Shown in pieces: positions 55,452-64,000 of a DNA stretch of 64,000 bases. A program made the position numbers and the translations under genes. The first letter of the stretch is position 1. Every line of letters begins with the position of its first letter. Where the stretch lies: contig OZ024749.1 of assembly GCA_964016885.1 (NCBI GenBank), positions 47,802,001-47,866,000 on the forward strand, written 5' to 3'. The notes below the pieces were generated by a model. The model did not search any database, was not told the DNA's origin, and worked only from the letters and a program-made list of their open reading frames with translations. The DNA comes from Eledone cirrhosa. Lineage: Eukaryota.

Positions 55452-57298
55452 GTTGTGTTTGTGTGACTATTTGTGTGTGAGTGTGCAAGTGAGTGTCTTT
55501 CTATTTTTTTGTGAGTGTATGTACAATAACAGCATTAATATGATTTCTACTTTAAACTATGCTGACAGCATGACTTTCTATAGGACTTTCTATAGTATTA
55601 CATAACTGTATTGATCGAATTAGTCTGGCTGTACCACTATGTACATTTAGATAATATATGTTATATAAAGAAGTATAACTTATATATGTACATGTTATAA
55701 CCATATGATGTATTAGTTGTTCTCTATTTTCTGCTTAAAACTAAATACCTTTAATTGGAATATATAAATATGATTACATTCCTTACATTATAAAACAGTC
55801 ATTAACTCTCTAAATATATCCAATGGATATTATATACAAAAAGGTCCCAGATAATAGGGGGTGTGGGTTAAACGAGGGTGTGTAGAAAATCGGTAATGTC
55901 TTGATTTGCTTTTAAACACCAGAATTATTCAGTAGTTTACATTGTGAAACCTCAACCCATCCTATTTATTTCATAACGTTGAGATTTCTTGCAATTTTCT
56001 TTTTTAGTCATCATGTTTTTTAATGTTTAAAGAACATTTATTATCTCAGGAATGCTATCAATTTCACCGGGAACAGATTAGCGAAATTTAATAGCAGATG
56101 GGTTGGAAAAAGAGCGTGGCGTAGGCAGAACAATTTGAAAAAATTAATAATTGCGAGGGAGAATGATTATTCGAGACCAGAGAGTACATTCCATACATTG
56201 TACAAGACCTGAGAATAATTTGACCTACTTTGCTTAGATCACGGAAGAACGATATAGTTTAATAACTTGTTTGAATATTTCCCTATGAGACATTTATATA
56301 TAACTTCTCCAGTTTAATGAATTGGAATTGTTTTATAACAATCAGATTTATATTTGTTTAAAATAATCTCAAATATTATGTTTTCATATTGTGTCATATT
56401 GGAAACCAGGTGAGATGTTGATGCTTCCATAACAAAAAACTCTTATATATATAAATAATTTTGTTTAAAATTAATGTATTTGCTGATTTCGAAGCTAGCA
56501 ATTTTATGTCGACAATTTGATGTCAACCCACAAAATATAAATGGATTAATAACTAAATATATGTATATAAGTTGTTTAGATTTCCCTCTAAGAATGTTTG
56601 TAACTTTAGCAAAACATTGGAAATTTACGTGCTTTCATACCTTAAAGGATAAATATTATTTGATGATGCCAACATTTAATGAAAATAATTTATTATAAAT
56701 TCAATTCTATCTTGGCATCTGTCCATTAATTTCATTATTCTAATAGATTTCCATTCGAAATGACATACTTTTATATCACATTACTTTATGAAATATCTTA
56801 TCTGAATATTGTATACTCAGAAAAAGTTTACATCTTATTTGTTGGAATGATTTATTTTAATGTTATATTATTCATCGAACATCCTATTATATTTACAGTA
56901 ACGGATTATTTGATGTCTTCATTGTGGTATACGTTATAAATAATGTAAATTATTTAGAAGGTGGACATGCTGGAATATTGTGTACTAATGTATAGAATAT
57001 ATAGAAACAAATCTTCCTTCTTTTTCTAACAAATATTTGTTAAATTAAAATAGGTATATAAGTTTTAGTGTTGAAATTGAAACACAAATTAATATCAGAA
57101 GCATACAAATGTACATATTTATACTTTTTTATCCTGCAAAAACATATTTCATAGTGCTCGATTTTTTTTTCAGTTTTTAAGTGTTTTCATCCTTTTCTAT
57201 GTGCAGTTGTATTACAACTCAGTGCAGGAACGCACCATTATTCTAGTAGTAGTTGTTGTTTTATTTATTATTAGTGTTGCTGTTGCTGTAGCTGTGGC

Positions 57299-57449
57299 TT
57301 CTTCTTCTTCTTCTTCTTCTTCTTCTTCTTCTTCTTCTTCTTCTTCTTCTTCTTCTTCTTCTTCTTCTTCTTCTTCTTCTTCTTCTTCTTCTTCTTCTTC
57401 TTCTTCTTCTTCTTCTTCTTCTTCTTCTTCTTCTTCTTCTTCTTCTTCT
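57299..57449. repeat. (TTC)n microsatellite, ~50 units
   Basis: Directly visible. Confidence 0.97.
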
Positions 57450-57465
57450 GTGGTTATTTAATATG

Positions 57466-57511
<46 letters not shown>

Positions 57512-58469
57512 ATGGGTTTTGCCAGGATTGATGAGTACTCAATACATGGGTACGTACAGATTATTTATTGTAAACAGTAAATGCGCAACGGTAAATTATT
57601 GCAATTGCGACGTCGAATGTATAAGTAATTTCATCGATTCATGAATTCATCACCGAAACGGCAAGAGCTCGCCCCTGCGGGCATTAGTTATTACTCTTCA
57701 CAATATATATATATAGGTATATCTGCGTACATGTGATTGTTTTTGAGGGCATCTGTGTATGTGTAAGCTTGGTTCTAACAGTTGTAACTCTATATTTTGT
57801 GTGGCTGGACTAAGAAGAATAATGTCCCTCGTAATCAATACAATACATTTCTTCTGCTGCCAATAAGCCCGGACGTAGACTGTCGACATGTCTGCATATC
57901 AATCGACGATAGAAAGATTTGGAAAGTTTACCGAATGTTGTCCAGTAACATATTTCCTGTATGTCTGATATCACATTTAAATGAACCTATCATCTCGCAA
58001 ATAAAATGTATTAATAAAAATATATTTTTGAATAATTAGATAAAAAATAGAAGAAAATAATTTCAATAGGACAGCTTGTATAATAAAGCAGAAAATACAT
58101 TTTTTTTTTTCTTATTTTCTTTAAACACATAAAATCAACTAGAGGATAAGAGAAAGATCTTTCTGGAGTAAAATAAAGAAAATAATATCAAGAAAAAAAT
58201 ATTAATTGAATATGAAAGAGAAATACATGCGTATGTTCTACTTAAACGTAATCGTTTCTATTCCAAGAAATGCAATTGGAACATTATAGTATAACACTTC
58301 CGAGAGAATTGCCTGTCAACCGATTTTACTGAGAGCAAATGGCAAAAGGAAAATTAGAGAAATAATAGCTAAAATAAGTCATAGAATAAAAAGAAGCGAA
58401 ACATTATACGACGAGGAAGACGTCGCCTGGGTGATGAATCTAATGTGATATATATATATATATATATAT

Positions 58470-58586
<117 letters not shown>

Positions 58587-58631
58587 CACACACTCACACA
58601 CAAACATATATATATGTAGGCACACACACAT

Positions 58632-58739
<108 letters not shown>

Positions 58740-58752
58740 CAGAGAGAGAGAG

Positions 58753-58803
<51 letters not shown>

Positions 58804-58819
58804 TAGAGAGAGAGAGAGG

Positions 58820-58866
<47 letters not shown>

Positions 58867-59601
58867 TGTGTGTGCATGTGTGTCAGTGTCTGTGTAAAAG
58901 TAGATGGAAGACATGATACAATGTTCATGACTGGCTAACCTATTGGCATAAGACAATGGGTCCCAATGCGGGGCAGGCAATAAAACATGGCGAGTGTGAA
59001 AGAAAACATGAAGATAAATAGACCCGTAAAAAGTCTGAAAAAAAAATGAAAATGTCACGAGTAGAAGAATAAAATATAAACTGACGAAATAACCACAAGA
59101 ACAAGAAAGATAAAATGAGATCACTAAATGGAATAAGCAGGCGATGGTGTCGACAAAACGATGCAAATGCAGACGTCGATTTGCTGACAAAATAACTAAT
59201 AATCGGTAATGATAAGATATCGTCTAAGTTTGAAGGGTTACAGTAGAGTGTTATCTCTTTAGAATGTTATTGTTATCACCTTGTGACATTCACATTACAG
59301 TTTTCTATTACAGCTCACAAAACACAGACACGTTTTTTCTCTAGGAAGTGATAAACATAATTTTCTACTTTTACGATTCGATCATACTTTCTAATTCCGC
59401 GTTAAACCGTTAAACAGTCAAGCAAATGCTGGCAAGTAACGTTACAAAAAGACTTTACCAATCTGAATTGATATTTTATAGGTGCTATTCAGGAATATAC
59501 ATAGAATGCATAATTAAATCTCTGTTACTACATACGCATACTTCTCCAATACACGCATTTACTACAATCGCACACAAACACACACATACACATATATTTG
59601 T

Positions 59602-59713
<112 letters not shown>

Positions 59714-60958
59714 GTGTGTGTGTCTGTGTAATAAAAAAATATTATCACGTTACATCCAGATACGATGGTCACTGAACGAATGCCTGCTGTCTGACAACCT
59801 ACGTACCTTTCTATTTGTATAGCAGACTCTCTCTTAAGAGTTATTCTATCACGGATATTTAACAATGAATTTAAATTTGAACAGCAACAACATTAACATA
59901 AAAATAGGGCATATCCGAATACCGTCCGAGTTTGATAGAGAGACAAATGGAGAGAGATTTCAGGGAATGCCGAGGCAGGTATGCATATGGCTTAACTTTG
60001 TAAGCATTATACATATTTTTGAGTATATTAAGTACCTCCTCCCTCACCAGAATTTGCATCAGAATATGTTTTATCGAACGATTGCATATATCAAAGGAGT
60101 GCAGCATTGTTGTTATTGTTCATAATACTTTATACAATATACACCCTAGAGTTTTTGCAATATCTCATCCAATATTATATTATAATATATTGTATACTTT
60201 TTTCTCGGGATATTCTGTGTAATTTGATTGAAATATAAGTACTTTTTAACGCATTTTGAACTTCACATATATAAGTGTCATTTTTATTTTCAACAGCAGT
60301 ACATAAATGATGGTTGATTGTTCTGGTGCATGTAACGATCATTTTACGAGAATTATTCTGCATTCCAATTACTCCTTAGGCAGATACCGTCATTGTTGTA
60401 TGTAATATATACGCATAGAACCTAGTATAGATTATCATATGGTAATTTTCATATATTTATGTGTTTAGCTATTTGGGATTCCGACACAATGAGCTGACAT
60501 TTGTTATTATGTGAGCACATAAACACATCGCCTTTATTTAGGATATATTATCACAGTGTGGCAGACTCTGTGATACAACTGTTTAAGCAAAGAATCGCTG
60601 CACAGATGTTACGGACTAAACCAATCGGCAGGTGACCAAGGGGTAGACCCCGAGAAAATTGGGGTTCCAGATGGATTAATTGGAGACGGTTGCTTCTGGT
60701 AGGACTAGCTGAAAGGAGTGTTGTATAACGCTACCACCCACGACCCACTGAGGGAAGAGTTGGCCAAGAAGAAGAAGAATAAGAAACGTATATAAACAAG
60801 AAGATATCCAGAACCCTTTATTGTTGGTGGTGGTCGTGAAATGGCAGGTTCTCTACTTTTACATGAAACGTGTTTAAACCAAACATTAGCATGGGTGGGC
60901 ATGTATATATGTATATATGTATATATATATGTGCGTGTGTGTGTGTGTTTTTGCGTGT

Positions 60959-60998
<40 letters not shown>

Positions 60999-61471
60999 GT
61001 GTGTGTGCGTGTGTGTATATATATGTGTGTGTGTGTGTGTGTATATGTGTGTGTGTACGTCGTTTTGTGTGTATGTGTGTGAGTGCACATATACGTCGGA
61101 TTGTATATAAAGCAGGAAAATATTATCTCGACTCGAAAGATTATTCTATGCTGTCTAATAGTCTATTATATAATCTATAATGAAATTACTGAGAGGCGTA
61201 TATTTGTGTTTGTTTGTGTCTACATGGGCGTGTGTTTCTCTGCCTGTGTGTGTATGTATGAGTGCGAGAGCACATGTGTGTGTTTTTAAGAAGTGCTACC
61301 CTTATCTTCAATCTTTCTTCAAGAATATCTTAAGGATTACTATGAATAGTGATTATATATATAAAAGAAATTGAGGATGGAAGAGGGGCATATATTTAGT
61401 TACATAGAAAACATTTCCGTTCGAAAATATACCAAGTATGTAACTACAAACAGGTTCACATATATGCATGA

Positions 61472-61475
<4 letters not shown>

Positions 61476-61537
<62 letters not shown>

Positions 61538-61556
61538 ACACACACATATGCATAAT

Positions 61557-61605
<49 letters not shown>

Positions 61606-61619
61606 GCATAATTATATAA

Positions 61620-61685
<66 letters not shown>

Positions 61686-61840
61686 GTATATATATATATG
61701 TATATACATATGTATATATATATATATGTATATACATATGTATATATATATATGTATATACATATGTATATATATATATATGTATATACATATGTATATA
61801 TATATATACATATATATACATATTTATATAATTATGCATA

Positions 61841-61871
<31 letters not shown>

Positions 61872-61913
61872 GATCCATGCATATATATATATATGTATAT
61901 ACATATGTATATA

Positions 61914-61953
<40 letters not shown>

Positions 61954-61959
61954 TATATG

Positions 61960-61990
<31 letters not shown>

Positions 61991-62048
61991 TTACATATGT
62001 ATATATATATATGTACATATATATCTCTCTTTCTCTCTCTATCTCTCC

Positions 62049-62102
<54 letters not shown>

Positions 62103-62123
62103 GTATGTATATATATGTGCATA

Positions 62124-62196
<73 letters not shown>
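61476..62196. repeat. Long compound (TA)n-derived array (one of dozens of TA/CA/GA microsatellites in the window)
   Basis: Directly visible, with higher-order units such as atatgtatatacatatgtatatatat. Confidence 0.95.
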
Positions 62197-62201
<5 letters not shown>

Positions 62202-62804
62202 AGATTTTGTGCGAGTGTTTCTTTCTGTGTATGCTTAGGTGTTTATCATGCGATTTACTAACCTAAACTTATGAATATAATCAATGGTTTTGAGAACCGC
62301 AGCAGGAAAATTATACAGAATACAGTATTGTATGAAAACATCATAATCTTCAGCGAAGCTATAAAGTATTACTTTCTCATTCTAATACTTTATGCAACGA
62401 GCAACTTCGCATTTCTCCTACACAAGATAATAATGCTGTATAGCTTTGTCAGAATATATTATCTAAAGGAATCTTTGTGATAGTTGTATGCGTAATGTCA
62501 ATATGCCTTAATCTGACATATTTCCTATACTATTTATGCAAATCACAAAACTTTACTGGTTCTTATCTTAAATATTACATGTTAACGAAGGCATGTGGAA
62601 TGCCATTATAAACCACTCCTTAGTATTTCAGCTTTGTATTGAATAAATGTTAAGGCAACGAATATCCAATGTACTCACATTTTGAAAGGTCAGTTCAAAG
62701 ACCGTTGTGTCGAAATTTGTAGCTGTCATGTTTAAGTCTTTCTTTTCTGTGATATGGTTTTATGGATTCTAATCTATTTTCATACACCATATGCTTCTAT
62801 TGAA

Positions 62805-62864
<60 letters not shown>

Positions 62865-64000
62865 ATAACTTGTGAAGATGCCGTCTGATGAAATAGGATG
62901 AACCAGCATGAAATGTTAGCTGTTAATGGCATTTACTTTCAGTAAACCGATGCTTTAAGGTGGATAGTGGTCATTTTCAACATGTTGAATAATATCGAAA
63001 TACGGAAGTATATCAAAGAAAAAGAGTAATATCTCTCAACCTGATAACCTTTTTACATCCCAGGACAGCTATTCATATCAATGTAAATCAGATTAAATGC
63101 ATTCATTCTAAAGTATAAGTACTGTCGATATGATATATTGTTCTCTTTTATGGCCAAATGTAAGAGGGCAGGAATACGGAAATATCTATGCATGTAAATT
63201 TAGTCACATATAATGTATCTTGCTAAAGGAAATTATTAAATACTGTGTTATTATGAATAATGATTTTTCAGATATAACGTTGGATGTTATTGAATTGTCA
63301 ACTCGGTACACACATTGAATTCACTTTACATACAAGGTGAACTATAAGGTCTAATGCGAACCCTCAAATTGCATTTTTTTTACAAAAGAAACTCTTTTAT
63401 TGGCAATAAATGTAGGACACATTTCTACATGTTATATCATGGAAACAATGCGATACATTATACTATCTGGTAAACGCAAAACAAATATATATAGATAATA
63501 GTGGTGAACAAAAAGGTTATAGTTATCATAGCTGCATAAAAGACTATAAAATAACGGAAACATTATCTTGTCCACGTGACATTGCTAAAATAATCTAGGA
63601 GATAACATACACTGTTAGGATGTATGAAATGCAATATAAGGACATCACCTAAATTGTTGTAAACTATGTAGCAATAAACGTCAACATCCCTTCGTGACGC
63701 TCGATGAAAGAAATATAATTTCCTATTAAGAGATACTCGTTTGCAAGACAACATTAGATATACTGAGTGGGTTAATCAAATCGGTTGAAATAGGGAGAAA
63801 TCTAAAAAGGACATGGAAAAAAATGTAAAGGTTCTAATGCAGTAATTAAAGTCAAGATTGAAAACATAATCAGTTGGAAATGAGAGAAGAGGAAAGACAT
63901 CCATTTTCAATTTAGTGCTACCATATTCTTGGTTTTTATTATACTTCAATGTAATCTTTCTTCAACTCAAACATATTCGTTCTCATCGGTTATATTCTCT

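Noticed and set aside
60600-60900. GC-richer segment as a coding exon
   Set aside because: Stops in the plus frames examined and no recognisable motif; probably a repeat fragment.
62870-62925. ctgatga...gaaa near 62885
   Set aside because: No convincing stem II or stem I pairing.

Overview
Very AT-rich, microsatellite-saturated eukaryotic DNA. The SINE families and the abundance of Penelope and Dong/R4 relics suggest an octopod cephalopod (inference). I can support no intact protein-coding gene, and almost all listed ORFs are (TA)n/(CA)n/(GA)n/(TAG)n artefacts. Recognisable coding relics: a Penelope-like (probably Naiad-type) GIY-YIG endonuclease pseudogene (4.6-5.2 kb, partial second copy at 53 kb), a Dong/R4-like REL-endonuclease 3' end inside (TAA)n (18.9-19.1 kb) and a CR1-group LINE 3' end (52.4-52.9 kb). 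There are also eight tRNA-derived Meta/MESC-type SINE copies or half-copies. The main hidden signal is about 20 complete, degenerate or partial type I hammerhead ribozyme motifs (CUGANGA...GAAA, mostly with short palindromic stem III) from at least 8 sequence-unrelated families. They sit in Penelope pseudo-LTR-like segments, usually within or next to (TA)n, arranged as near-perfect head-to-head fold-backs or as ~515-531 bp tandem, circularly permuted retrozyme-like units. All structures were read by eye; no folding or database search was run.
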